A DNA stretch of 64,000 nt. It comes from Octopus vulgaris. Taxonomy: Eukaryota. The stretch lies in assembly GCA_951406725.2 (NCBI GenBank), contig OX597816.1, positions 18,228,001 through 18,292,000 on the forward strand, given 5' to 3'. Within the stretch, counting starts at the first letter, position 1, and each line of letters opens with the position of its first letter. The notes beneath the pieces were generated by a model. The model was not told where the DNA came from, searched no databases, and was given only the letters and a program-made list of their open reading frames with translations. The translations under genes and the position numbers were made by a program. Below are positions 13,153 to 28,668 of this stretch, in pieces.

Positions 13153-14626
13153 GACGCGATACGATTATACTTCATATAAAGCTATTTATCAATGTGTCAT
13201 TTATGGAAACCGGATTAATGTTGTTGAAATAGTGGAATGCTCCGTCAGAATCTTCATTTAATATGCAGCTGCTACCAATTACATTCGAATCCTGAATTAA
13301 TTGAACAAGCTTTTAGTAAACTTCTTCAATCTCCGTACCAGTTTACTATTTGTTGCATTTCTCTTGTGAGAATTGAATCCTTAGATAATTTCTATCAATA
13401 TGACTGTATTGATGTTATTAAATGGAGCAATCATGACAGATTCGTCGGAAACTATAAAACTACTCACCCATCCATTTCTTCCCATAAATTCCCTTCTTTC
13501 TATTTCCCCTTCTTTTCCCTTCTTCTCCCTAAATCTTCACGTTTCTCTCTTCTTCTATCTAAAGCCACCCATTTATGTTTCTTCGTTCGTTTCTGCCTTT
13601 CCTTCTTACAGAATATCACCTCTCCCTTTCGTTCTGAATGCACCTTATTTCCAAATTTCCGAACATAAGCTACTTCGTCTCCTCTTCTCTCCTCTCCTTT
13701 CACTCAAATTAGCTTCTTCGTTTTCGTATGCAACTTCAGTAGATCATTGCTGTCTTTTGCATGATCGTATGTTTAATTGCAAATTTAGTTTGTCAAAGAA
13801 CCGCTTACAAACAAGGACAATAATTTGACATCAAAGAAAGATCATTTAAACCAACATGTATAGTAATGTATTAAGAAGCACTTAAAGCAATCATATTCCT
13901 AGATAAATTGAAATATCTAAGCAAGTGGAGGTAACTCTATCCGTCGCACGCTATAAACTTCCCTCTGTTATCGTTTAATGTCAGTAAATTTCAGTTTATT
14001 TAAAATTACCATATGTATTAGTTGTGGCCATAAAAATTGTAAATGAGCGACCATTTCTCTAAATGTACATGACATTTAAAACATGTTCACACTGGCAATG
14101 TACAATCAAAAGTGTATAAATTTATATACGGATTCAACATAATGGAGAGAAATTCTCGCGAACAAGACGACCCGTGTTCGAAAAACACTGCAAGCTAAGG
14201 GAAGAATATTTTACCATAACTTCGGGAAAATCCAAGCAGTGTCATTGTCATTTGACAAAAAACAATCGGTGTAGAAAAGTCGCATTGATTTTAATTTGGC
14301 ACAGAAGTTTATTTTAAGGTAGTTTTATTTGTTTAGACTGTAATTAAAGGAACAGGCAGTTCGAGTGCTCGAACTGTGAATGTGCATCGTCAAGTCGGCG
14401 GAGATGAAACGTAATACGTCTATCATGTGGCTTTCTATTACTCTACCCATGTTAAGTAAGATATACAGATTTCAATTCGGTACAAGTTCTGCTTCCGTTG
14501 CTAATAACCATTTAATTCTTACCCAACCTGTCGTGAGTTATGTGCGACATCAATGAGTGATTAACCACTGTTTTTCGATGTATCTGTTGAGTCGAAAATT
14601 TTCTAAGCATGCGTCTGAGAATGTAG

Positions 14627-14725
<99 letters not shown>

Positions 14726-16604
14726 AATATATGAGGGAGTGAAAGAGAGATAGTAACGGTCCATCACATTAATATTTACTCTGAAATCGGCATGAGGGTG
14801 CCACGCAGGTCATAGGATCTCTGATGCAACTTGTCCTGTTTGTCAGGTACGAAGGCAGTTTGTGAAAATGATCAATAGCCTTATATCGAGTTCGTTGATC
14901 TGACAAAGACAGGAAGCCAAAATGCTGGGAATACATGACATGCAAAATGTTGTTATCTCCTCTCACGATAGGATGAGGTTATCTTTTACTTTACTACGGA
15001 GAGCTAGAGGTTCATTCACCGTTACTAACATTACCAGGCAGCTTTGTACCCTGGGTACTGGTGCCTTGCACTGATATTTTTTGCCCTCGATAAAGCACAA
15101 GTACGCCTATGGAAACATTGAAATGGCGTTCAATTGAAATTTTGCAGTGATGGTTGTGTTTTTAATCAATGTGATTTGTCTCAATTACCGTCCATATTAA
15201 CACGCGACTTAATACACGGAGACAATATCCTTCTCTTTAATCTCCTGTGCCTTACTGGTGTAGATTAAATATAATTGATGTCATTTTTTTCTTTTTAACC
15301 GTTAGTTTTGTTCGTTTTGCTGGTGTAGTGTGATTCGACTTTGTCAAAGACTATTTCAAGCGAGGATAGACCGGAAACTCTTCTACTGATGTTATTTGTA
15401 ATATTTTTAGTGAAAGACGGTGAACGATTTCAGCCTCTCCTAATGTAGGTAATTATTTCGTTGGGTTTATGAAAGAGGCGGTATTTCACTCTCCTAAGAT
15501 TCTAGGTAATTGAATTTTTTGAAGTTGGGGTTAATTATGAATTTCACGTTTAACTATGTGAATGTCTTAATTAGCTTTTCTTCTCATATTTCCCATGTCG
15601 AATCTGTTTTTGTTTCATTCCGCCTTTTATTCTTCATCCTTGTATATATTAGTCACCTTTACTCTGTCGCTTAGGATTAAACATTAAATGTATGTGTGAT
15701 TGATTTGTAATCATAGCTCAACTACGCAACCTCAAAAGGTTATTCACCTTTCTATTTCAAGTTATGGAATTATCATGAAACAGCAAAAAAATTATTCCAT
15801 TCATGGTTATATTAATTTCGGAATCGGTGGTCCTAAAACAGGTGGTCTTTTACGATTGAAAGATAAAACACAAAATATCTAAACTGTTTGTCCTTAGATT
15901 TATCATTGATATTCTCAAATCATTCAATTGTGACACTACTTCTTATCCACTGAGTAAAGTTTGGGGTTGCTCAAATAACAGAATTTGACAGTATTGCCTA
16001 TCACGTTTTTAGTTAGACTGACAAACCTAGGGCTGGGATTACAGTCGCCATGGTTTGAACCATAGAACTCCATCATTGATATTTCGCTGCGTGGTTTGGG
16101 ATTTGTTTCATCATAAATGTCGTCAGGTTCCTTCTGGCTAGTTTTGTCTTGTAATTTAATAATGTTTTCTATTAACAATCTTTGTGCGTCATGAGCTTTG
16201 TGCAGCATACAGATTATGACATGAATATAAATTGAATATAAAATAATACTTCTTGAGAGAAACATATACATACCAACGAAGGAAAACAAGCTTAAGCGCG
16301 ATCTTAGAAAACCCCGTCCTTTTGGCGCTCGTTTAATGCGCACGCAACCTTTTGCATCCTACATAGTATAAAGTACCAACGGCTATGAATTCACTTTAAT
16401 GAAGCAATATTCCATCCACTTTGCAGTTGTACAAACTAATGATTATTAAGTAACACCATATAAACAATAAGCACTTTGGCAACAGAGCAGTCTACCCACA
16501 GCAAAATGCTGCCGCAGCATTCATAAATTTGAAGACGCAAAGGTATGGATCTTCATGCACGCATACGAGAGATTGTATTAAAAGAGCAATGAAATAGATT
16601 CGCT

Positions 16605-17046
<442 letters not shown>

Positions 17047-17471
17047 CTTGATAGAGAGAGAGATACACACAGAAAGACAGACAGTTTGACAAACACACAC
17101 GCATCTATCAGTGCGAAGCTAACACCTTTGGTTTTCACTGATACACTGGGTATAACCGAGAACTTGGGATGCTGATATCCCTTTAAACGGATTCATATCC
17201 TTGATTAAATTATATATATATGCTTGTGCACGCGCTCATATGTGTATGCATTACCATGCACTGCTTATTCATTCACACTCAACAACCAAGCACTTGCACA
17301 CAAACCAACGTGTTATGGGTATTTTCATTCAATTGCTACAATAAAATGACCCCCATAATATATCCCTCTCCACATATGCACAGTATTCGGTCAGTATACT
17401 TAGATACCCACATACGCATAGACTTATCAATGGGCATGCAAGTATGCATTTCATTACCAGCACTAAGATGA

Positions 17472-17693
17472 TACGAGGTGGGAGCTGAGATCTTGCTGGC
17501 TTCGGGTAAAAGAAAATGCAGGAGGATCTGTTAATTAGGATCTTATTCAACGTACTCCCTTCTCAGATTCCTTCAGTTATTGCAGCGGTTCTTCAATTTT
17601 TCTAGCGTTGTAAAAAAACTCGCAAGTTTTGGCCACCAACCTGGCCTTTCTTGATATACTAAAAGCCAAAAACTTTTCAGCACCCCTCGCATA
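17472..17693. mobile_element. Mariner-type MITE (degenerate)
   Basis: Imperfect TIRs TACGAGGTGGGAGCTGAGATCTTGCTGGCTT / AAGCCAAAAACTTTTCAGCACCCCTCGCATA with TA ends. Confidence 0.6.
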
Positions 17694-18310
17694 TAAGCAA
17701 TTATGAATTGCTTAATTATATAACTGCATATAAAGTTTGTTAATAAATCAAACATCTCAATGTTTGCAAATATATCTGCTTTCCTTCAAATGTCAAATTC
17801 ATATGTGTTCGTATTTTGTTTCGGTGTATAAATCTTTTTGTTTTACGTTTTGACGTGTACGAGAAAAATGCTGAGTTGAAAAAAAACTGCATTTTGAAAG
17901 AAAGCTAGATTCTAAACAAAAAATAATCCTTTATCACGAATATGCTCGTGAAATATCTCTATGTATCATATTCATTAAGTACTTGTATGGCTTTGTGTAT
18001 CACTATTTGGCTGGGAGCAATTTTCTAATATATTTGCATATACTGAAAAATTTAAACTGACATTTAAATAGTAATCTATTATGTTTATCTAAAAATATGC
18101 CAACACAATATTTACATTCGTAAACAGTATTTTAAGTAGGGATCATGTACTTCAATAAAATATATCATCATCATTCTGTGAATGATTAAGAACAAATCTT
18201 TCTACATGAAAATGTATTCCGTTTATTTTACTGTTTCTTGCAAATACGTAAGTTATTCTTTTTATAATAGCGGGGAAGCTGCACCTGATTTGGTTACTAA
18301 TTATATCAAA

Positions 18311-18704
18311 CTAGCAGTATCGCCCGGCGTTGCTCGGGTTTGTAAGGGAAATAACTATATAAGCATTTTTAGAAATGTAAAGTATAATCGCCATCTCAAT
18401 ATGGCTAACCACAAAGTGGGGTGTTACTGTAGCTTTTTACGTTCTGAGATTTAATAATAAACTTTTAGAGAGTTACTTCCCTTATATATATGCCAAAAAT
18501 GCATTAAAAATGGGAAAAATTGATGGTAATTTTTTTTTTAAATCGTAGACTCATCGTAGACGCGCGCCAATACCCAGAAGGGCTCGATATCAATCACGAC
18601 TATAAGATACCCGGTTTTGGTTAAACTGCACCGCAAAATGTGGGAGTAATTAGGAATCTAAATCGTAGGAGACAGACACACAACTTCAATTTTATATATA
18701 AAGA
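18311..18704 (-). mobile_element. Non-autonomous Helitron
   Basis: TC start, CCCGAGCAACGCCGGG hairpin, CTAG end and A|T site; same family as 43724-44121. Confidence 0.85.
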
Positions 18705-18832
18705 TAAGCTGACAGAAGCAACTGGGTGTAGTGTGTTATCGGGACAGTGTACGGGAGTGAAGTATGTTTGATACGATGTTTAAAATATAACCTGAAATGT
18801 GTTTTATTGCTAAAGTGATGTTTCATGGATTC

Positions 18833-19329
18833 ATGAGGGTAGTCGATCATGGCCTATGAGGGTAGTCGATCAGCGAAGGCCAGAGGTGTTCGACAATGAA
18901 TGTCCCCGACACATTCTGTGCTGCCGACGCATTGATCGGGTTCCTACAGCCGGTCTTCGTCATCGCCTGAATCTCCGGCCACTCCCTTCGGTGCTTCTAC
19001 AACGACGCTTAAGGTGGTTCGGTCATGCAGCCCGGCGTCCGGAGGGTAAGCTGATTCGCGATGTCCTCCACCCATCTCCGCTTCCCAACTGGCGTAAACG
19101 CATGGGCGGGCAGCTGAAGACCTGGGCAACGACGATAAAGGAGGACCTCTCCGATCTCCCAGGTCCGCAGCATGCGCAGATGGAACAACAAATGGCTCGC
19201 TATCTCCAGTGACCTCGCACGGGACAGTCGAACGTGGTCTGCCTTAGTTCGTGATGCAGTTAGGACCAGAGAAGAAGCCGGCTAAACCCGCCCTGGGTGA
19301 ACGCCGTCACAAATAAAAGTACAAGTAAG
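18833..19329 (+). mobile_element. RTE-clade LINE, 5'-truncated 3' end
   Basis: EVFDNEC.RHIL...LLQRRLRWFGHAARRPE...RKRMGGQLKTW..IKEDL is a typical RTE ORF C-terminus. The tail is (CAAGTA)-like. Confidence 0.9.
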
Positions 19330-19954
19330 ATATTTCAAGGATGGAATTAAGTATCAAAACCATTGGTTCTACAAGTGCAGGCTAAGAAGCTTGCCTTGCA
19401 ACGCTGTGATGTACTTTCTTTTTCGTGGGGGGGGGGGGCGTTAGATAAAATAAGTACCAACTCAGCAGTGGGGTAGATGCAATCGACTTACTCCTTCCAC
19501 TTTAATTACAGGCATTGTACCAAAATTTCAAGTCAATATGAATGCATATGCTGCACAAATATTGCATGATAAGTGAAGGAAATAATGATATAAAAAGGAG
19601 AGAATAAATGTTCCACCAATTACATAATGTAATGTAATTCTTCAAATAACTGTAATGGTCAGAAGTACTGTCATTTAGTCTTTCGGGAGAAGAACATTCT
19701 ACATAGAATATGACTAGAAGAAGCAGCGCAGAGGAGACTATGAACGTGATGGATCGTTAGATTTTTAGTGGAAGACAAGAGCATATTTATAGTAATACAA
19801 GAAGCGAAAATGGAGAAATGATGATACTGTACGTCAATTGTCTGTCTACTTTGAACAAGATATAAAGTAGAAGATTCAGAGAATGCATGAAATATTTCTC
19901 ATTCTTTACTTTTGTTGTTTTTATTTCCCTTTCAATACATGCTGGAATTATCAA

Positions 19955-19990
<36 letters not shown>

Positions 19991-20040
19991 GCATGTATGT
20001 ATAAATATGTATGTATATGTATGTATATATATATGTATGC

Positions 20041-20082
<42 letters not shown>

Positions 20083-20268
20083 GTATGTATATATGTATAT
20101 ATATATGTATGTATATATATGCATATGTATGTATATATATATCTGTACGTGTATATATATATATATATATATGTTTACACACACACACACACGCACACAT
20201 ACACACACGCGCGCGCGCACACACACACGCACACACACATACACACACACACATATATGCATATGGTA
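19955..20268. repeat. (TA)n/(CA)n compound microsatellite
   Basis: Dinucleotide runs. Confidence 0.9.
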
Positions 20269-20447
20269 TGTGATGAGAGTTTCTGGAAAGGTATCCCATT
20301 GAAACTCAATAGAAAGTGACATTAAAAAATAAAAAATGTTGATACTCACATACGATCGTTTCGGATAGCAATATGTAAATGACATTGTAAAATAATTAGA
20401 AATTAATTTAATTTAATTCATTTTATGACATATTACTGTTCTACTAA

Positions 20448-20531
<84 letters not shown>

Positions 20532-21261
20532 ATATTTGCATATATGTTTGTGTGTATCTCTGCACGTAAAATGAAAAGGCAATTCTCCGAGTCAAAAAAT
20601 AATCTAATTTCTAAGCAATAGTTTTCAACCAGTGGGATATATTGGCGGGAAGTCTAATTTATTGAGCGGCAAAGAGAATTCGATATCATTATGACTACCT
20701 CTTGGCATTCTGTCAGAATGGATTCACTTAAGCGGAAAAACGATTATTTAATAATTCAAGAGGGCTCTGAAACTGCATAGCAAAAAGGCATTTGGTGGGA
20801 AAAGAAAATTGTTATTATATGACCGTGTCATTAGCTGACGTTTCAGCCCTCTCGATAGTTTCCGCTCCGTCTATTGTTTGCAGGATAAAGAGACTGACAA
20901 AAGAACGGACCTGTCATATGTTTGCCAAATAAAATAAACAACCGTTTGTTGAAGTTGATGAATTTTTGAAGACTTTGGCCGGGTTACTAGAAACTACGTT
21001 ATTATTTACAAGTTTCCATTATTCGGCTTATTATATAGATTTATTTAATTTGTGCCTACACCGAATCAGGCAAGAAATTAACTCTTTTCAAATCAGTAGA
21101 TAGAGTTATTTAAGGTCGAAATAATAGGTTTAAAAGACAAGTTATGGAATTTTTGAAACCGATAATTACTTCATAAATATTTCAACTTCCTTCAACAACA
21201 TATATACATACACACACATACAATTACACATATGCATCTGTCTATCTGTGAGTTTGTCTGC

Positions 21262-21340
<79 letters not shown>

Positions 21341-21769
21341 CCTGCTTATCTACATATATACACATATATATCTGTACCCGTATATATATATATATATAAC
21401 ATATATACATACAATATTAAATATGTACAGATATACACAAGGGTACTACATGAGTACCTATATCGCTAATGATAGAAGTCAAAAAATACCTCTGTACCAC
21501 CGAATAGTCACAAATCTATTACAGACAAGATAGGAAGTAATATCAGTGAACAATAATAATGTCTTACCTCAAATGGGCCAGAACAAATAAATGGTGGTCA
21601 ACTTGGTACCGGTTTCGAAATTGAACACCAAATAGGTGTCTGACTCCGAGTTGCGGATGTCGGGGCGGAAACTAGGTGCCTTATAATGGCAAACGAATAA
21701 TTGTCAGAAATTCTATTTACATAATATCGAGGTCTCTTTCATTTTTTTGTTGTCTTACCATTACTATTA

Positions 21770-21840
<71 letters not shown>

Positions 21841-22499
21841 CGCACGCACACACACACATATCCTTGTCTCTTTTTTATTTGCATGTATACCTCCGATGAA
21901 GTATACAAACGAAAAGTTACTGGATAGAAAAGTAGAATGCATGTCTTTCCTCTTACATCATTCACTGAGTTCAGCCAGATGCTGAGCCCATGCTGGAACA
22001 CCGCCTTCCGGGTTTATTCTATGTACTGTTTTTGGTGAAGTTGGAACGCGGCGCTGTTCGTCTTTGTGCCTCCAGTCATCATGTAGCTTCATGTGGTGTC
22101 TCCGACAAAAAACAAACAAACGTTTCAGCCGTTGTTTGAAGATGCAAACCTTTACACATTTACACTTCCCTAATCTCTGAGATTCTTTGGCAGAATATGG
22201 CATAGGTGTGGACTCATGAAACCCAAACTGTTACAGACAGATGGAGAAGACAAAACCTTTCGCATTATGCAGTGAGGTCCATTTTGATGGTCGGTATAGC
22301 TTCAAATTCAAAGATGGAGCCTTCTATACGTATATCACTGTATATATTTCGCACCTCCGGTCTAGGGAGTAGAGCTTCAGTTTCTTTTGCCTCTCTCAAT
22401 TGGTTAGCTTTTTCAAAATTCACTCTTCTTTGTGTAGAGGGACTGGATTGCCTCACAGTTCGCCAACCGTTTAGCACTCTGTAATGTTGATACAAACAT

Positions 22500-22644
22500 A
22501 CCTGAATGGTACTAATTCCATCGCCCGCAAAAGGATGAAAGGCAAGGACAACCAGGGCAGAACTTGTGCTCAGAACGTAGACTGGTGAAATACCGCACAG
22601 CATTTTGACCGCTGTATTGATGATTCTGCCAGCTCACCGCCTTA
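22500..22644 (-). mobile_element. SINE family C, degenerate 5' part
   Basis: AAGGCGGTGAGCTGGCAGAATC head and GCCTTTCATCCTTT motif on the minus strand. Confidence 0.75.
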
Positions 22645-22651
22645 AGAAACC

Positions 22652-22734
22652 TAATAATAATAATAATAATAATAATAACAATAATAATAATGATAATAAT
22701 AATGATAATAATAATAATAATGATAATAATAATA

Positions 22735-22766
<32 letters not shown>

Positions 22767-22824
22767 AATGATAATAATGATGATGATGATGATGATAATA
22801 ATAATAATAATAATAATGATGATG

Positions 22825-22867
<43 letters not shown>

Positions 22868-22938
22868 TGATGATGATGATGATGATGATGATAATGATAA
22901 TAATGATGATGATGATGATAGTAATAATAATAATGATG

Positions 22939-22999
<61 letters not shown>

Positions 23000-23001
23000 T
23001 A
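22652..23001. repeat. (AAT)n/(GAT)n trinucleotide microsatellite
   Basis: Trinucleotide run that produces the poly-N/D/I/Y ORFs. Confidence 0.95.
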
Positions 23002-23471
23002 TTTAAACAAAAATTAAATGTATGTATTCGTGGTTGTATTTTAGAAGTTCGTTGTGTCAATAAATAGACATGCGTTGGTTGTAGCTTACTTTCTTTTCCT
23101 TCTATTTGAGAATCAAACAGTTTAAAATGCGAACTGCAACCAAAACTAATGCATTTTTTGTCTATTTCCTGACTCATTCTGCTCAAATAAAGCAGAATGT
23201 CATCGAACATTAGATATTAGACTTGTAAAGTTTACATTTGGCTTGTGTTTACGTAGCAAAATCTAAGAGAACCCCCCCACCAAAAAAAAAAGACACCTCC
23301 TAACTTAGATTCTCATCTGTCTTCGATATACGAAAGACATAATTACACGATACTACTTCCCATACAGAATCGAGACCACTCTGAACAAATCGAGATACTA
23401 ATCGGATGAAATGAAATCTTTTTAAACATCTTAAATTCATTGTGAAAGTATAATTACATCTAAAGACAAGA

Positions 23472-23750
23472 CGTAGGGCTCACTATCATGAGGTGGTGTG
23501 TTCGAACAGAGCTGTTTGTTGTGCTCTTGAGCAAGACACTTTATTTCACGTTGCTCCAGTTCACTCATCTGTAGAAATGAGTTGCAAAGTCATTGGTGCC
23601 AAGCTGTATTGGCCTTTGCTTTCTCTTTGATAACTTCGTGACATGGAGAGAGGAAATTGGTATGCATGGGCGACTGCTGGTCATTCATAAACAACCTTTC
23701 CCGGACTTGTGCCTCGGAAGGTGCAATCCCATGGTCATTCATGACCGAGA
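23472..23750 (+). mobile_element. SINE family D (CORE-type), 5'-degenerate
   Basis: CTTGAGCAAGACACTTTATTTCACGTTGCTCCAG core and GCAATCCCATGGTCATTCATGACCG tail; homologous to 39860-40190. Confidence 0.8.
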
Positions 23751-23751
23751 T

Positions 23752-24122
23752 GCTGGCCGAGATGCTTATTGGTATTTCGTCTGTCTTTACGTTCTGAGTT
23801 CAAATTCTACCGAGGTCAACTTTGCCTTTCATCCTTTCGGGGTCGATAAATTAAGTACCAGTTACGCACTGGGGTCGATGTAATCGACTTAATACCTATG
23901 TCTGTCCCTGTTTGTCCCCTCTGTGTTTAGCCCCTTGTGGGTAATAAAGAAATAGGTATTTCGTCTGTCTTTACGTTCTGAGTTCAAATTCCACCGAGGT
24001 CAACTTTGCTTTTCATACTTTCGTGGTCGATAAATTAAGTACCAGTTGCGTGCTGGGGTCGATATAATCGACTGGCCTCCTCCCCCAAAATTTCGGGTCC
24101 TGTGCCTAAAGTAGAAAAGAAT
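23752..24122 (+). mobile_element. SINE family C nested dimer (young tail inside older copy)
   Basis: The unit starting GGTATTTCG occurs at 23771 and 23955, each followed by a different tail. Confidence 0.85.
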
Positions 24123-24630
24123 AGTGGGTTGAATTATCAATGGATAACTCAATGGATAATATAGAATTATATTCAAACCAGCATAGTGTGATACAGAGCT
24201 GGAAAAAAATTAATAATAGATAAGGATGTTTAACGCTACTATGTTGCTATGCTTCTCTGTATGATACAGAATGAAAGTATTTTCCGAAATTTCACATACA
24301 AGAAATCTGTGAATATAACTGTTTGTGTCTGTGGTATGTCATATTACTGCAAACCGAAGTCGTAAATTGCTTTGCCATCTAGGTACAAAACGAGAATTAA
24401 GTATACACACCTATATACATACACACATGCACATGCACACGCATGCACACGTACAAAGATACAGCATCACTCAGGTATAGTTCCATGCGTAGGAACATGC
24501 ACATCAGCAAACATTTTGTAACTGTGACAACACATAACACACACACACATTCTCTTCCTATCTCTGTCACTTCCTGTGAGTATTCATATATATATACATA
24601 TGTACATGCATACGTATGTTATATAAATAA

Positions 24631-24672
<42 letters not shown>

Positions 24673-24690
24673 GGAGAGATAGATAGATAG

Positions 24691-24749
<59 letters not shown>

Positions 24750-24758
24750 CATATATAT

Positions 24759-24843
<85 letters not shown>
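24631..24843. repeat. (TA)n/(GA)n/(TACA)n compound microsatellite
   Basis: Low-complexity repeats. Confidence 0.9.
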
Positions 24844-24846
<3 letters not shown>

Positions 24847-26252
24847 GTGTGCAAGTTCGTAGATATACAAATTAATTCATGAAAATATAATACATGGGAA
24901 ATGAAAGATTTCGTAATAGTCCAAATTCCAGTTAACAAGCAGCTACCCCTACGTTTTCAAAGAATAGTCATATAAAACGATACATTCAGCTGAGCATAAC
25001 TCTGTGAGCATTAAATTTCGCTATAGTATTCAAAGCTTGCGTAGGACGAAATGATGCATAAAACATGTCTTCATAGCAATATCTACAAAATATTTCTCAA
25101 TAAGCAGGGTATTTTAGTCACGTCCATGAATATCGAGACTGGACACTGTGCGACATATAGCTGCCCTCAGCTGTATCAGTTTATGCGTAACTGTTAGCAG
25201 CTAAGTAAATTAGTGTATTTAATATACAAATACGTCGAGTATCTGAAATATTTGCTAGGCCGCAGCTTGTACTTTAAATTATATCTTACGCCAGCTGTGT
25301 CTATCCATTTAAACTCGAATTCAGTATAAATTTGGAAATGATATTTTATTTAATATGATATTTTTTTAAATTTCATTGCTTGTCTAAATAAATGCAAACT
25401 GTCTGCTATATACAGATTTAATGAAAACATATTACTAATGCTTCACTACACACATTTGCTGTTAAGCTTTTAGTACTATAGCTTTGCTGATGAATTATTA
25501 TATAACACATAAATAAACATCATGTAGCGAGCGTACGGCAGACATATTAATTTTATTTGGTTTGCAATGTATTCATTTAAATCTAAAGGGAGATATACAT
25601 GTTATATTTATATATGTATGATAATTGCATGCAGTAATTCCATTCGATCGTTATGTCAGTATGGTATAGTAATTAGTAAAAGATATGTTTTCCGTATATT
25701 TTTTGGTACTTTAGCTGTCCGTTGTTTGCCTGTCTATATTGACCCTCTTAATGATATTTGCTGTGATATCGTAGATAAAATTAGTTACAGAAATAAATAT
25801 TCGTAAATCTATTTCATTAATTATATATGAACGGCAAAAATACAAACCGATTGGAAACATATAACGCGAGTATTCTTGTTTCCCACGAGGAATTTTAAAA
25901 GTAATGGTTAATACGTTTTATATATCTATGATATGATATATGTCACAGACGGTATCTCTGCAGACCCCTCAGTTCGAATTAAGAAGTTTGCTAGCTTGAG
26001 TTTCCAAATTTTCATGTCTTGTGTTACACTATATATTATGAATATCTGTATTGTAGGTACAGGCAGCAGAAATGTCCGAAGTCTTCCTACTAAACTTTTA
26101 TTACAAGAAAGAATGTGAACGAAGGAAAGAGGTAAGTTTGGTAATCAACTTTAAATATGTGACTGATGCGAGATGGCATTGCACATTATATTAATATTTC
26201 ATTGTTCTATCCCCACGGTTACTATTACAGGAAAATTTTACATATGATGTAT

Positions 26253-26283
<31 letters not shown>

Positions 26284-26289
26284 AATAAT

Positions 26290-26773
26290 AGACGCATGAG
26301 TGGTATGGTGGTAAGAAGCTTGCTTCCCAACCACATGGTTCCGTGTTCAGTTCCACTGCATGGCACCTTGGGCAAGTGTCTTCTACTATAGCCTCGTGCC
26401 GACCAACACCTTGTGAGTGGATTTGGTAGAGACAGAAAGTGAAAGAGGCCCTTCATACATACATACATACATACATCCATACATACACACTCACACACAT
26501 ATATATTTATACATATTTATATATATATATATGTGTGTGTGTGTATGTGTGTGTGTGTGTGTGTATTTGTGTGTCTGTCTTTGTCCCCCAGCATCGCTTG
26601 ACATCCGATGCTGGTGTGTCTACATCGCCGTGAATTAGTGATTCAGCAAAATTGACCTATAGAATAAGTACTATACTTACAAAGAATAGGTCCTGGGGCC
26701 GATTTGTTTGACTAAAGGCGGTGCTCCAACATAGCCGTAGTCTAATGACTGAAACAAGTAAAAGTGTAAAAGA
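26290..26773 (+). mobile_element. SINE family A, full length
   Basis: Head, internal (TACA/TA/TG)n and conserved tail. Confidence 0.9.
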
Positions 26774-26793
26774 ATATATGTATACATATACAG

Positions 26794-26829
<36 letters not shown>

Positions 26830-27028
26830 GAATCACCTTCTTCATGAGATGTTACAATGTGAATCTAATCGTTGGCGGTTTAATGGAGAGGATCAGTCAA
26901 TCAAATCTTGTATAAGGTGTCTTTCTTATCTCCGAGTTCGAAAAGTTTCACTTTTTAATCAGTAAACTACTTTATCTTTTTCCTGCTCACTCATTAGTCC
27001 AAGGTATTTATACGAGACAGTTAGCAGG

Positions 27029-27067
<39 letters not shown>

Positions 27068-27099
27068 CATACAATCATACATACATACATAATGCATAC

Positions 27100-27140
<41 letters not shown>

Positions 27141-27208
27141 CATACATAATATACTTATTGTACGTGTGTGTTTGTGTGTGTACACATACATACATACATA
27201 CATACATA

Positions 27209-27260
<52 letters not shown>

Positions 27261-28215
27261 CATATGTATGTATACCATACTTTCACACATACATAAGCAC
27301 ATACACACACATGCACACACACGATATTGAAACACGTAGTAGATATTTACTGATTTACCAGACACTATTGCATTATTCGAGTGGAAAATCATGTGGTTTA
27401 GACCGAGAAGCTCTTTCTTATCAGCTTGGTATTAAAAAACAAACAAAAAAAAAGAGTCGAGGATCAATACAGAATAACCTCCACACAGGCTTTGATTAAA
27501 TGCGATCATAGACTCTATCTCGATCCACAAAGAAAACTGCGGTTTATGTCATTAATACCAAAAAATTCTTTCGGAAAAATGTACATAAAAACTGCTTGTT
27601 AAACAAATCATGTGATTGATAAAAACAGCTTACTGCTGGTGCTATTAGTTCATGTAATATGAAACAAGAAACGTATTTAACGATGTGTTACTATCTATTC
27701 AGATTAATGAGGTGTAAGAAACTAGTGACAACGAACAATGTAATTGCTGTTAGATGAGTGCAGTAATCTAACTATATCCAGCATCAATAGAATTAACCTT
27801 CGAGCGAATATATTACGTTTTAGTCTCATAAATCCACACATTTAACAAGAAATTATACAAAGGTTTGTAATTATTACTCAACGGGCTGTCGTTGTTCGCT
27901 AATATATAAGACATAAAATAATATCCACGAAACAAGCTTTATAAATATAATTTCCTTTACGTAATATTTGATACAATTAAAACAATTTAGACATAATGGG
28001 AAATATCTTGTTTCAAAGATAAGAATGGAGAAGATATAAGTGTGAGATACGCCCTACTGTAATTGATAACGAATGAAATATTTAAAAAAAAAGGAAGTGC
28101 ACAATGAATTAATTTATGGGCAACAAGAGATGCTAACAATGAGACCACGAAGTAGGAAATGAATATAATTAATTAGATTGTGCTGGTGCAACATTATGCA
28201 AATATTATGAAGTAT

Positions 28216-28378
28216 AAGCGCAGCTTGGCTGTGTGGTAAGAAGCTTGCTTCACAACCACATGATTCCAGGTTCAGTTTCACTGTGTGGCAATTTTGGCAA
28301 GTGTTTTCTACTATAGCCTCGGGTCGACCAAAGTCATGTGAGCGGATTTGGTAGAGATAAACTGAAGGAAGCAAGTCG

Positions 28379-28412
<34 letters not shown>

Positions 28413-28668
28413 TACATATATTATAAAATTTTAATTTAGGGTATCTAAGAGATACCACCACACTGGAATTAGCAGCCAAGACTTCACACAAAAACCACAT
28501 TAGATGTGGTTTTACCGTCAAGTTTTGGCTGCTATTTCCAGTGTGGTGGTATCTCTTTGATACCCTAAATTATAATTTTAATAATTATTATTTCCTTTGA
28601 AGGCTTTTATTCCAATGCTGGCCACTTGATAAGATCGATATTTAAATAACGATCTAATCCTTATATAA

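Noticed and set aside
16098-16130. CUGACGA...GAAA on the minus strand
   Set aside because: Stems I and III cannot form, so it is a likely chance match.
20836-20852. GGCUGAAACGUC half-hammerhead on the minus strand
   Set aside because: No upstream core box or stem II partner.
21605-21680. GAAACCGGUA half-hammerhead on the minus strand near a small hairpin
   Set aside because: No CUGANGA box or stem I partner was found; at most a deleted remnant.
22200-22497. Minus-strand frame with RRVNFEKAN, resembling the post-endonuclease region of some LINEs
   Set aside because: One weak motif only, not enough to call.
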